From Antedon mediterranea (taxonomy: Eukaryota > Animalia > Echinodermata), in assembly GCF_964355755.1 (NCBI RefSeq), contig NC_092674.1, positions 19,406,001 through 19,470,000 on the forward strand: a DNA stretch of 64,000 nt. Reading direction: 5' to 3'. Shown piece after piece: positions 39,189 through 51,878 of the stretch. The position numbers were made by a program, and so were the translations under genes. How positions within the stretch are numbered: position 1 is the stretch's first letter; each line of letters begins with the position of its first letter. Below the pieces are notes generated by a model that was not told the DNA's origin, made no database searches, and was given only the letters and a program-made list of their open reading frames with translations.

Positions 39189-39374
39189 AGACGGTGCACA
39201 GATTTGAGTTCCTTGTGTCTTATGTCGGGAAGAATGCAATCAATTCTTAGACGGTACACAGATTTGAGTTCCTGCTTGTGTCTTATGTCGGGAAGAATGC
39301 AAGCAATTCTTAGACGGTACACAGATTTGAGTTCCTGCTTGTGTCTTATGTCGGGAAGAATGCAAGCAATTCTT
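39189..39374. repeat. 63-bp minisatellite, 3 copies
   Basis: AGACGGTACACAGATTTGAGTTCC...GCAATTCTT repeated; the first copy is 3 bp shorter. Confidence 0.92.
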
Positions 39375-39539
39375 AATCAATTAAATTAACAAATCACAAA
39401 ACTATTAGTTAATATACAATAATGTGTAATACATATAAGTTGGTGAAAAGATAATTGTATCGAATCGATGTTTAGACTTTAAAATAATCTTTTTCCACAG
39501 CTATTTCTATTTCTTAAAACCAAATTTAAGCTAGCTATA

Positions 39540-40030
39540 TAGTCCAGATCCCTATGTATTTTCGTGTGCAGATCATGGGGAAAGTGTAAACATTGTGTTT
39601 TATGAATATTTGTACATTTTCTTGAAAAAGTTCTTATTAGACTGAAACATATACCTTCAGATGAATTTGAGCTCTATTTAAAGTATGTCCAACTGTTAGT
39701 TACGGAGTTATATGATATGTAGGTCAAAGGTAAAAAATGCCAAAAATCATACTTCCAGCCATTTTTGGGCAAACTTTTCCATTAAAACAAATATTAATAT
39801 GCATCTCTCAAATAATTTGACACTAACATTATTTAATCTAAGCGTTGCAAAGATATGACCATTTTGTTTTCAATGGGTCAAAACATTCAAATTGAGGTCA
39901 GAGGTTTGAATTTTGACAACATGGGTTTTTATAACCAGCATGATTCAAATATTCATAAAACAAAATGTTTACACTTTCCCCATGATCTGCACACGCGCGA
40001 AGACACTTTTTTGACATAGGATCTGGAGTA
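39540..40030. mobile_element. MITE with ~70-bp TIRs, Academ-like (TAG start, possible 3-bp TSD ATA)
   Basis: TAGTCCAGATCCCTATG...GTGTGCAGATCATGGGGAAAGTGTAAACA and its inverted copy at ~39950-40030. The superfamily is inferred from the termini only. Confidence 0.75.
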
Positions 40031-40768
40031 ATACGAAGAAATTAATTTTGCCAGCAATAGACCATGCTTGGAATCAAATACCACATTTTAATGTTGACAC
40101 AATGGCATTGCTGTTAAGTATGCCTTTGTTCACAACATACACAAATTAGAAAAATAAATAATTCAATAAATGTAGTGGTAACTTTATTGCAATGTTCGAA
40201 GATATTATATTAACCATCATTATACATTGTTTGTAGGCCTATACGTAAATTATATCTATATAGCAACATGTATGAAGTGATTATCGATATTACTTAAAAA
40301 TAGAAATGTTCAGATTGTAAACAAAATTGCAATCAATATTTTTGACGATTATAAAGTTTATGTTCAAAGTGGTACCACGTCGCTATCCATTTCGAGAAAA
40401 GAACCCGGTGCGGAAACCGATATGCCTATCTGAAAAAATAATATTTACAATAGTTCCAGTTTAAAATGATTAATTAAAGAACTATTAATTACGAAAACAA
40501 TTTGATAAACTAATTAAAATGTAATATTTACGCATATAGTGCGGCTCCTTAGACCCAAAATACTTCAAATTTGGTTAGAAGCATAAAACTTGGTATCTTA
40601 AGGTCATTTAAAATTTGACATTTGACCTCAGATTTCTCAGAACTCATGAACCGTACATTCTATAAACACGGAAATAATGGTAAATGATGCAGAATTACTA
40701 CTCAATACTATAGGAATTATTTAACAATAATATATCTGGACCTATTTACAGTACTGTATATGACATTT

Positions 40769-43136
40769 GGAAATAACCACAATTTTGTAATTTGTAACAC
40801 TCTCTTCAAGCAACCTTTACGACGAAGATACACATGGATGGCACCAGGAGTAACAGGAAGATACCAACTTGATTCCATATTGGTTAGGGAAAGATATAGA
40901 AATGCTGTTAAGAATTGTCATTCTTTTCCGGGAGCTGATATTGGTTCAGACCATAATCTTGTTGCAATGATGAAGGATATAAAATTCAAGAAAATAAAAA
41001 TTGGGAAAGCAAGGAATAGATGGAATCTTAGCCCTACAAAATAGCAACAATGTACAGGAACTATTTAGAGATCAAATAGATATAGATATAGTTAATAAAG
41101 AAGATGCGGATGTTGAAAAAAGATGGATTACAGATAAAGAAAGTGATTATAGACAGTGCAAACAAACATGTCAAAAATAGAAGGGGGAAAAGACCAAAAA
41201 ACCATGGATCACAGATGAGATGATAACACAAATGGAACAAAGGAGGAAATGGAAAATTATAAATACAGAAGAAGGAAGAAAGGAATACAGAAGACTAAAT
41301 TATCAACTAAGAACAACAACAGATAAGGCAAAAGAAGAGTGGATTAGTAATAAATGTATAGAAATAGATAATCTACAGAAGGCTGGACGGAGTGACATAT
41401 CATATAAAGTAATACAGGAACTATCAGGAATTAACAATAAAATACGTAAGGGTACACAAGCAGTATTAAAATAAATAAAGAAGATAAATTACTAACTGAT
41501 AATAATGAAATAAGACAAAGATGGAAAGAATATCTGGAAGAGTTATATGGTGCAGATCTTAAAGCCAATAGTGTGTCCGCTCGAAGATGAACAAAATGTA
41601 AATGAGGAAAGTCTGGGACCAATATTTCTGAAAGATGAAATTACAAAAGGAATTAAAAGACAACATGAAAGAAAAGCTGAAGGCATAGATGGGATACCTG
41701 CAGAGATGTTAAAACAACTAGGAGAAGTAGCAACCTTGGAACTTACCAAACTTTCTAACAAAATCTACACACAAGGAAAATGGCCAGCGGATTTCACTAA
41801 ATCTGTAGTAATACCCTTGGAGAAGAAAGTAAACACCCAACGATGTGATGAACACCGAACGATAAGTCTCATACCGCATAATCTAAGATAACACTTAAGG
41901 CATTAAATGACAGATTGGCATCAAAACTTGCAGACTATATTGGAAAGGATCAATTTGGTTTTGTAAAATGAAGAAGCACCAGAGATGCGATTGCTGTGCT
42001 GAGAGTGATGGGAGAAAAATCCCTAGAATATGGTAACGAATTGTATATATGCTTTGTGGATTATGAAAAAGCATTCGACAGGATTAATTGGATCAAATTG
42101 ATGGACATCTTGTATAGAATTGGTGTTGACTATCGGGACAGACGGTTAATATGGGAGCTGTATATCAATCAATCTGCATCAATTATAATAGACGGGCAGT
42201 TATCTGAACCAGCACAGATAGGTAGAGGTGTCAGACAAGGAGGAATATTGTCAACTAACTTCTACAACATTTATGAAGAATTTCTACTTTCAGAAGCACT
42301 TACAGACTGTAGTGATGGAGTAAAAGTTGGTGGTCACAGAATCTCAACTGTACGGTTTGCTGATGATAAGGCTGTGATGGATAACTCTAATTTCGGTTTC
42401 CAAAGAATATTAACGAAAATTAATGAAGCAGGGAAAGAATATGGAATGAAGATAAACACCAGAAAAACTAAAGTAATGTGCATTACAAAAAGAGCAAATG
42501 TACAAATGGAAATATATGTTGATGGGGAAATTATTGAACAAGTTGATTCCTTTTGCTACCTGGGAACAAAAATAACAACAGATGGCAGATGTAAGAGTGA
42601 GATTCTAAGGAGAATAGGAATGGCAAAGGGGAAATTTCTAACAAACAGGAAATTCTTAACAAGTAAAGCAAGTATTGAAACACGAAAAGAAATGGTTAAA
42701 GCATTAGTATGGAGTGTTGCATTATATGGAAGCGAAACATGGACATTAAAAAAAAGAGGAAATAAATAGAATAGATGCATTTGAAATGTGGTGTTGGAGA
42801 AAAATGCTAAAAATTCAATACACAGAGCACAGAAGGAATGATGAAATTTTGAATGAAATAAGAGAAGAAAGACATCTAATGAAACGCATTAATGAACAGC
42901 AGAAGAAATGGATTGGTCACAGTATTAGAAATGGAGGGTTATTGAAAATAGTGATGGCGGGTAGATACGATGGAAAAGCAGGTAGAGGAAGGAAGAGAAA
43001 AATGCTACTGGATAGACTTAAAAATGGAAACATATATTACCAACTAAAGGACAAAGCATTAAATAGAGAAGAGTGGAAGAAAATGACTGTCATGGACCTG
43101 CCAATTGGCAGATGACAAGATAGACAAGGTAGGTAG
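40769..43136 (+). mobile_element. 5'-truncated RTE-clade LINE with disrupted EN-RT ORF
   Basis: APE C-terminus (YTW, SDHNLV). RT motifs FVDYEKAFD, GVRQGG, FADD, YLG. (AGGT)n tail. 13-bp TSD GTATATGACATTT at 40756-40768 and 43137-43149. Confidence 0.93.
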
Positions 43137-43948
43137 GTATATGACATTTCACCGCGTTGACATTTAGTATTAGTGTATTGAAGAAATAAGAGGGAAATCA
43201 TTCTTTTTTTAAATTAAATGTTTGTATCTTAATTCAAAATTATACTGGGAAGATAGACCAGCCCTCCAGTAATGGTATGTTTCTTTTAGTGAAAAGGTAT
43301 ACTAGTGTCATCCACTATTAGTCTAGGCACAAAATTTGAAAATATGAGCTAGGAGAATGGAATGTTAGAGGCTGTCAAGAAAGCCAGATATCCTAATTAA
43401 TCCCTTTTGATCACTCTAGGCCCATTTTTTGCCTCGTATTGAAATGGTGGCAATTTTTAAAAGTTCATCCTTTGTAAATCTCGGTTTAATATCTTTAGTA
43501 GAGCTTTTTTTGATTTAAGTATCATAGACACATGCAATTCATTACCTTATCACATTGTTTCAAGCAACACTTTAAACGAACATATGACTCACACATAAAC
43601 ACATATGAGAGGAGGCAGCCTATACGAGTAATACTCTTTGCCTCCTTATTTCACTTAAGGTAAGCATCACTTAAGGTAAGCAATCCTTAAAATAAAATAA
43701 TAATGAAAAGGAATGATTTCCCTTTTTACATAATTACTGTGGTAATCAACACAGTAAATATTATATATTTTTTTCCCATTTTAAAGGTTCGCTCAATAGT
43801 TGCTATACCAAATATCATGCTTCTAACCAAGTATCAATTTATTTAGAGCTAAGGAACCCCACTTATATGTTATTGTCGCAAATTAATATATTTTGTTTAA
43901 CTGAGAAAAGTGAAAAAAGGGAAAATAATATCTTAGAAATTATCTTAC

Positions 43949-44080
43949 GTCTACTTTGACATTTGGTACCAGTATAATAATAATAAAAGCCGTTGGTACA
44001 TTCGCAATAATATGATAGTGGTATTTCACTTGTGTCTTGCTTACACACTCCACCATTTTCACAATCTCCGGGTTCGCATG
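43949..44080 (-). CDS. EGF-like domain exon B
   Basis: AG/GTAAG-bounded 132-bp phase 1-1 exon: CEPGDCENGGVCKQDTSEIPLSYYCECTNGFYYYYTGTKC. Confidence 0.88.
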
Positions 44081-44296
44081 CTAGTATAAAAGGTTAGTAG
44101 ATATTATTTCTTTCTATTTGACTACTTAGCCTAGGAAAAAACGCGCTTTAATATGAATTAGGCCTACTCTACATGCGTCGCTATATTTGCCTGATACATT
44201 TTTACATTAAACCAAGTTGTTAAATTGACCTAATTGAAACAGATATTCGGATTTTTTGTAATCGCCTCTAAAAGTTAAAATAGGCCTATATCTTAC

Positions 44297-44410
44297 TTTT
44301 CAACAGGTGGCAATTGGTACCAGAATACTCGGATGTACATTTGCAATAATAGTTACCACTTCTGTCTTTCGTGCACACTCCATAATTTTCGCAATTTTCT
44401 TCATTGCATA
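44297..44410 (-). CDS. EGF-like domain exon A
   Basis: AG/GTAAG-bounded 114-bp phase 1-1 exon: CNEENCENYGVCTKDRSGNYYCKCTSEYSGTNC (6-Cys EGF spacing). Confidence 0.88.
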
Positions 44411-45120
44411 CTAGTAAAATCATAATGGTATAAGTTTACACTGGAATAATCTACATTTAAATCCAAATATTGGAACATCTAAAGTATTAAAACAAACACC
44501 GAGAAAGTGAGGCAAGCCTGCTGTGCTGATTTTATTTCGAACTTGTTCAGTATTATTTACAGAGTGACATCATTTATAAAACCTATTAATATTAGTCTAC
44601 TGTTACACTTTGCGTTAACTATTATTTGTTATTATGGTAGCTTGGTCGATGTAAAGCTACTGTAGATTAATTGATGTATTGTAATGTAATACGATTTTAA
44701 AGATTTATACGGTCAATTGCCAGTTGTTCTACATTTTGTTTTACTTAATTTTTATAAATGTTTTCACCATATTCAATATTGCTCCCATGTTTCGTATCCC
44801 TGTCGTCAATGTAATGTTAATAATTATACTAAATTCAAAGAAGGGCAAGGGTTGATTCTGGATCAGTCATATTCTGATCGAATGAATTAAACTGATTCTA
44901 ATGACTACTGAATCAATCCAAAATTATTTTTGTCACAAAATGTTATACTTACAATTGTAGGTATTTGGATGTTTGAACTTTCAAACATCTTGTATCCAAA
45001 ACTGATTTTTGTATGTAAAAGTTGGTAGATTTAAAAAACACATCATTTGGGCCATTTAATATATATTATGCCTAATTCATATTGATAATTTTATATTTAT
45101 ATCTTGTTTTTGTTTGTATG

Positions 45121-45413
45121 CCTTGCGTGTTTGTGTGACACGACATATGGCGACAGTGGTCCTCTGGCCTCCTTGCGTGTTTGTGTGACACGACATATGG
45201 CGACAGTGGTCCTCTGGCCTCCTTGCGTGTTTGTGTGACACGACATATGGCGACAGTGGTCCTCTGGCCTCCTTGCGTGTTTGTGTGACACGACATATGG
45301 CGACAGTGGTCCTCTGGCCTCCTTGCGTGTTTGTGTGACACGACATATGGCGACAGTGGTCCTCTGGCCTCTTTTGTGTGACACGACATATGGCGACAGT
45401 GGTCCTCTGGCCT
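45121..45413. repeat. 50-bp minisatellite (5 identical copies plus a partial one) in an intron of the EGF gene
   Basis: CCTTGCGTGTTTGTGTGACACGACATATGGCGACAGTGGTCCTCTGGCCT. Confidence 0.95.
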
Positions 45414-45497
45414 CTTTTGCCGCTCTTGGCACACTCAAACTCAATGTGTTGTTTTAAAAGTTGATGAGTAAATAAACTACAAATATAATAATCTTAC

Positions 45498-45573
45498 CTT
45501 CTGCTGTGCCTACAACATAGGATAACCCATGAAATAATAGTACAGTTGCTACGAATGTTGACAACCAACTCAT
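45498..45573 (-). CDS. Secreted EGF-domain protein, exon 1 (signal peptide)
   Basis: MSWLSTFVATVLLFHGLSYVVGTAE followed by a phase-1 GTAAG donor. Confidence 0.7.
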
Positions 45574-47753
45574 CTTTACAAAGTGCACATACGTTTTCAA
45601 CTTGTTGTCCTTATGTACTCATACATTCACAAATTAAAGGTCATTGAATAATTAATTATCGAATTAACGATGTTATAAACTGAATAATAGTTTAACAACT
45701 CCCTGGTAATACATACGTTTCTTTCTTTCTCTCCTTCTTTGTTTCTTTTGTTTTTGTCTTTCTTTCTTTCGATTATATTGTTATTTACAATTAACTTTAA
45801 CACATTATTAGGCTACCATTGTTTGTACGTTTATTTATATTAACACTAATTAGGATAACACAATTATCTAAATAGTTGCAACATTGCATCTAAAGTAAAT
45901 AAATTACTATTAACTAAGATAAATTAATATTATTATTATGTATTATACATTATCTGTATGGTTTTTATTCAAGATATTACAAAATGGCCCACACAACTGA
46001 AATGTAGCATTTGAAATTTAACAAATGACAAAATTAAACAATTAGTTAATATACAAATACATTATAAAAAGGCTACTTAAATAACTAAGGTGACCAACGT
46101 TTATATCTAATGAGGACAAGGTATGCTACGTCAATATTAAATAGACCGATCCTTCTCGTTACGAAACCCAACAACTGTGTTAATAGAAGCAAACACTGGA
46201 AGCCTAAAAACAGTGTACAAATGAATTCAGTCAGCACCAAGTTTGGCATTTTGTCTTCAAATGTTAATACTTCATTAAGCTTAAGGTTATTTTTTGTTTT
46301 TGTAATAAACAATTCATGCATATTGTATATACCTGTTAATTTTGTTATTATTATTATTATATAGCACCTTTTATACAATTTATCTAGATTGGCAGGTCAA
46401 GAAATATTAACAGAAAGACAATGGAAATACGTAGCAGCTCGTAGTACTGGTCTTTTTTGTATAGACAAGGCCCTCTATGGTGACGTGTGAAAGATACGAT
46501 TCAGTGAATTTCGGATTGACTTTACAAGCAGTGTTTGACATAAACAAAGCCTAATAGGCCTATCATGAATAATTCTATACAATCAAGTCAGTTTATTATA
46601 ACCATCTAAGTCATGTATTCATGCTTTTTCTTGTCTTGTATTTTCTACACGAATGTAAGGCACAACTCCCATAAATCGCTAAAATAAAAATAAACAAAGG
46701 AAGTCAGTTATAAATAATAAATAATTTTAACATTAAATAAGTTTTAATCATCTTGATAAATATACATTGAAATATCCTAAATTACAGTATATCGTAAATG
46801 GTATAATAATAGTATCTTTGGAGTTATTATTATTAGGCATAAACATACGATTCCTAAGAAATTAAGTAAAACTGCTCTCTCAGCTGTAAATAAAGTATGT
46901 ATATATTCAAATGTTTTTGAAATAATAGTTTTGTGACTATAGATATGTGATGACGCTGGTTCTTTTCTTTATGCGCGAACAATTTATAAAAAATGCTATG
47001 TGATGCACACTGGTGTTATAGATATAATACGATGTAAGCTGGTGTCCATTGTTAATTGTTAGTGCAGATGGATCAGTATACAAATGAATGTTTATGAGTG
47101 TAATGGTACATTCATTATTTGTTTTATATAACATCTATAGATTTCTGCTATTTGAAACAAATAAAAGGTACCCTAGCCAAGGCTTACATTGATTAAAACA
47201 GTAACATTTGGTTTTTAATAATATTATATTAAATTTTATATTTATATGGATTTTATAAACACACCTACTTTAGGGCTAATTATGTTTTTTCCAACGATTC
47301 CACGTCTTGTAGGGATGTTCCCATTAATTAATCAAGATCCTTCAAACTATCTAAAGCTAATTTAAATGCCTTTTTGATCTAAATTAGTACATATATCTCT
47401 CCAGAAATATAGCCTACTTTCATCGCGAAAAACCAGTCATTACATTCAAATCGCGGCGAAAATACAAATTAGGTGGTGAAATAGTATAAAACAAATATTT
47501 TCCCGAAAACGAAAAAAAAAAAAAGTTTTGCGGATGAAAAAAAATCTAGTATACAAATTACCCTATAATATGGCTCTGTACTGTGAAATATTCATTCATT
47601 CATTCAAAAACATTCATTATTTGTATACTATTGCACGCCATTTTGTTTGTCCAATCAAATGGCAAGAATTTATTTATGTGTTATATAATACAGTATATTA
47701 TAACATGACATCGATATTAATAATAAAGAATATGAATGAAGTTAACTTTATCG

Positions 47754-47868
47754 TTAGAATACTGAGGGCGCGCCAATACAAACCATTTTGTAGGGAATGA
47801 TCGATTTGCCACTGTGCCATATGAATAAGATAATGAATGGCAATGCCAAGTTTACTCTGACCATGGAC
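47754..47868 (-). CDS. ACER3: Candidate terminal exon of the ACER3-like gene
   Basis: A phase-2 TAG acceptor gives SMVRVNLALPF...MVCIGAPSVF* and a 277-aa protein. Similarity is weak and other acceptors are possible. Confidence 0.4.
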
Positions 47869-48739
47869 CTATAAATTAAGGTCCATGCTCTGACGTTGTA
47901 AAGGTTAACAACAATAAAAGACATGATGTTTAATATAAAATAATTATAAAAACCATTCATTTAAAATATACAGAAACAAGTTATTGGGAAAATATTTGAT
48001 TGGATTGGACATAATCTAATTGTAAACTACGATATTGATTATTGAAATGGTCGAAATGAGTATTGATTAAGGTACTAAAAACGGATAACAATATCAATTT
48101 ATAAAATTCCATAAAATATTATTATATATTTAAAACAACGACACATGATATCAAAATAGGCAATTGTAGCTAACACAGCGGTAAAGGAAGTTAATGGATG
48201 GGTAATATTACAATGTTGACGAAATTAATTACAACTGCATGGTAGGTCGACATTGTTTTAAATGGTGTTGTCACTGAAGGCGGTAGTCATAAATTTGACT
48301 CTTGATTTATATTTACCTTAATTTTGCGTTTTTTTTGTAGAAAATGACAACGTATATCGTAACTGAAAACAAATAAAAGCCATAAATTAAGTACAACATG
48401 CAATTTAAAATGCTTAAGAATTATTTAAAAAGTTTCACATTTGCTTAATTGTTTGTATACAAAGTGTATAATTGCGGTTCATTATTACCGAGAGACACAC
48501 ATAAACCACAGTTAGTATAGACAGTACTTATTATTTCATTCCTTAAAACACGTGGAATCAATTTTAGTTTAGCATCATCATTATTATCATTATCGTTATC
48601 ATTAACATTATTATTATTATTATTATTGTGGTATGACTCGGGCAGTTTAGCGTTTGCTCTTAAAGAACACAAATACCTTCTCTATGAATATACACTTCTC
48701 AATGTCTGTTTAAATAATCAGAATGAATACAAAACTCAC

Positions 48740-48844
48740 ACAAACAAAATATGAAATGTAATTCCTAAGCCAGCACAGATATGCCACCATCCGTGAAGTT
48801 GAAGAAGTGGTCGCAATATAACTGGTAAAATTGTTCTAAAGTAC
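48740..48844 (-). CDS. ACER3: ACER3-like exon 8
   Basis: YFRTILPVILRPLLQLHGWWHICAGLGITFHILF, carrying the HxxWH zinc ligands. Confidence 0.95.
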
Positions 48845-49080
48845 CTATAAAAATCGAAAACAATTGCAAAATAAAAGATTGAAGTAAAACTCTGATAGCA
48901 AGGATTAGATCAAAGAAACGTATCTCCATTGGGATCCTGACAATGAAAATAGTTTTTAAAAATAATGTGCAGGTTTATTTATTCCTCCGTCATACATACT
49001 ACGCGTTGAATGATTGAATATAGCAAAATGTTTGATAAAAAAACAGATACAGAACAAAATGAACACTTCAATGTACTCAC

Positions 49081-49182
49081 TGTAATGATGGACAAATTGA
49101 ATAATCCAAACACCAACAAGCAGTTCCCAATGTGTAGCACGTGATTGCACAATAGAAGAATTTCCCTGAACAATCAGTTGTC
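49081..49182 (-). CDS. ACER3: ACER3-like exon 7
   Basis: TTDCSGKFFYCAITCYTLGTACWCLDYSICPSL (W..D...C motif); phase 2-2, GTGAGT donor. Confidence 0.88.
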
Positions 49183-50077
49183 CTTGAAACAAAACACACA
49201 TCAAATATAAAAACAAATTATATTAAATTCTCATTTTCTTTCATTGTACAAATTTCACTAAGTTTAATTTATTAATTTTATTTGTTTCCTTTTTAAACTA
49301 AAATTTAAATTTGTCTAAATATATATCCTTGGCATTTAGTTTAATTTCATGCTGAAATTGAATAAATTAAAGCAAATCAAGTGTCTGCATTGAAACATAC
49401 AGTGAAACCCCTATTAAGGGACACCTTAAATATATTGTCCCCCTGCAATAATTAAACAATTTGTTGCCATGCCATTTTGATTAACTTGATTAAAAAAAAA
49501 GGCCTATTCAACGTCTGATCTTATTAATCTTTATTTTTCATATTTTAAAGGACAGATTTAAAAGAGGTTTTGCTGGGGGGAAAAACAAATATACCACTAA
49601 AATAAACAATAATTGACCTGGACTCAAGACATTGAGAAAACTTTACCATTTAGCACCCAAATTTCACCAATAAAAATTGTGAAACCAGAGAAAGTACCAT
49701 ACTTTTATGATATCTATTTTTGTATTAATACCAATATAAAATCAATATAATTATTTGGTCTTTTTGTTGTTTTTCGAATTGAACCAACACATCATATTTT
49801 ATGAATTCTAGAGAAAGTTTGCTTTTGCCTTTTGAGGGGATTATTGGGATAACAAGAAGAAATTTACAAGAGAAAAAATGTAAGCAACACAAAATCAGTC
49901 TGTCCAGTCTGATGGAGACCAATAATAATGTGATGAAGGTACACAATTCGATTTCTATAAAATTCTATTCAGAATGGATACATCTTTTGGAAGACTCGTA
50001 TGCCTTAAAAATACACGACAACCGATGTTTAGCTATTGGTTTAAATTTTACAGTACGAAACTGTTAAAAATACCTAC

Positions 50078-50133
50078 CTAATGAAATTAATTGACAATGC
50101 AATCATGGTTATTCCAAGTATACCAAACGATAT
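50078..50133 (-). CDS. ACER3: ACER3-like exon 6
   Basis: ISFGILGITMIALSINFI(R); polypyrimidine-TAG acceptor, GTAGGT donor, phase 0-2. Confidence 0.85.
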
Positions 50134-50901
50134 CTAAACAAGAAAAAAAAACGTATCATAATACAGTAATCAATTTTAAATTGAAGTTTGAAAGGTAAAA
50201 TAACGAAAATTTAGTATGACGTTTTTGTAGAACCGCATATTGAAATTTACCCAAAATATTGAGACTCTTTTTTGCTATTGGGTAAGGCCTTACGGTATTG
50301 TACACTAAAGTAGGCCTACACTGTTGACATATATCACTTTGTTTTGGATCTCGTATGCCTAGGCCTATTGGATCTTGTATATCCAGACGATAGACGGCGG
50401 CACACTACACATAAAACTGCACAACAACAACAACTGGAAACGGGATAATAGTGGCGTGGTGATTGCCTTTCGATCTTTAGGTTCAGGTTCAATCCTGACC
50501 AAGGTTCGGATTCAATCCTAACCTAAGTTCAGGTTCAATTCTGTCGGGACTACCAATTACGACAGTTCGCCCTACATTTCATAAGACTATAAAGCACACG
50601 ATAGTAAATCTTATAAATAGCGGGTAAGCTTTATTTTTGTTTTTATTTATTTTAATCATTTCGGCAATAGACATGATAAACTTTACAAAACATAGAAATA
50701 TATAATATAAAAGTAGAAGATGGATCCAAGTAGAGACAATTAAAGGCATTACAACGCTGCTGCTGGATGGGTTCTTTCAAACGTAAATACGCGCGGCGGC
50801 CGCCGCCGTCGGCATGTGGCTTTCAAAACAAGAAACCATCTGGCCTCACTATGATATTGATACAATTATAGAAAACAGTGAAGAGATAGTTAGAACCGTA
50901 C

Positions 50902-51019
50902 CTGAAATATTGATGGAATCAAAAAAACAACATAGACAATGGTGACAGTAACAGCACATAGTAGCAGCGAAACTCCTAACATGATGTTATAGCTTTTCGG
51001 AGAAGAACTACATGCAAAC
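50902..51019 (-). CDS. ACER3: ACER3-like exon 5
   Basis: FACSSSPKSYNIMLGVSLLLCAVTVTIVYVVFLIPSIFQ; phases fit both neighbours. Confidence 0.9.
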
Positions 51020-51391
51020 CTGAAAGATAAAATTAGTTTCTTCATTATACCCCGCCTTAGGTTTTTGTTCACCCATGTATGTTTGTGGGTTTGGTGTTTT
51101 TTTAACCATGAGGCCACAGTTTTATAAAATCTCACAAAATTTGTGAAAATGATCTATGATCCATCATCCAAACATGTATTATTGTAGTAGGTTACACTCT
51201 CTAACTGCCCTCAAGTTGTTGTTTATTGTTATTCAATATTTATCATTATTTCCTTTGCTTAAAGTGAATTGAAACCTTGGTTTATCAAAAGTATTTGCTT
51301 CATCTTTTGTACTGTTATTGTTTGAATTTCTAAGAATTATCAATTTTGAATGAATTGTAGACTTAAACTAAAAAACGTACTAAATACTTAC

Positions 51392-51444
51392 AGACAATAT
51401 AAAAATATACAACAACCCCATAGCATAGGTAACTCATCCAGGAG
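51392..51444 (-). CDS. ACER3: ACER3-like exon 4
   Basis: LLDELPMLWGCCIFLYC, carrying the catalytic Asp; CAG/GTAAGT boundaries. Confidence 0.95.
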
Positions 51445-51878
51445 CTGAAATCAATTGAACAATACATATTACATGCATATCAAAATGTAAAACTCTTAAA
51501 ATTTGAATGTATATGTAAATGGGAGAATAACCTGACTACTGGGCTGAATTGTGCACAGGGGTGGACGACACATACCACAACTTTCTACTCCCCTCAGGGT
51601 CCCTTCGTGTCGAGTGCTGCCAACAAGCGGCGCTCGTTCGTCTGTTTAGGACTGAATGTAAATAAATCTCAAGACTATTTGGTTACCAATACATTTATTG
51701 AGCAATACTATTGTAGCCAATAAACAAAAGGTGAAAAGACTTTAAATTCAATAGATATGCCTATATCAATATACACTCCATACGCTAGTACATAGGTGTC
51801 ATAATGGCAATTAATTAATATGCATAGGTTATTCTCTACCTCCCCCAGTCTTTAGGTCATCAAAGACTAATTTAATAG

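Noticed and set aside
45072-45444. Three overlapping repetitive ORFs (likewise 39107-39389)
   Set aside because: They are products of stop-free 50-bp and 63-bp minisatellites.
48445-48672. Asn/Asp-rich ORF as the ACER3 final exon
   Set aside because: It is dominated by an (AAT/GAT)n microsatellite with no ceramidase similarity; not fully excluded without transcripts.
50449-50560. Triplicated B-box-like GGTTCAATCC motif
   Set aside because: Probably a decayed SINE head, but too degenerate to delimit.
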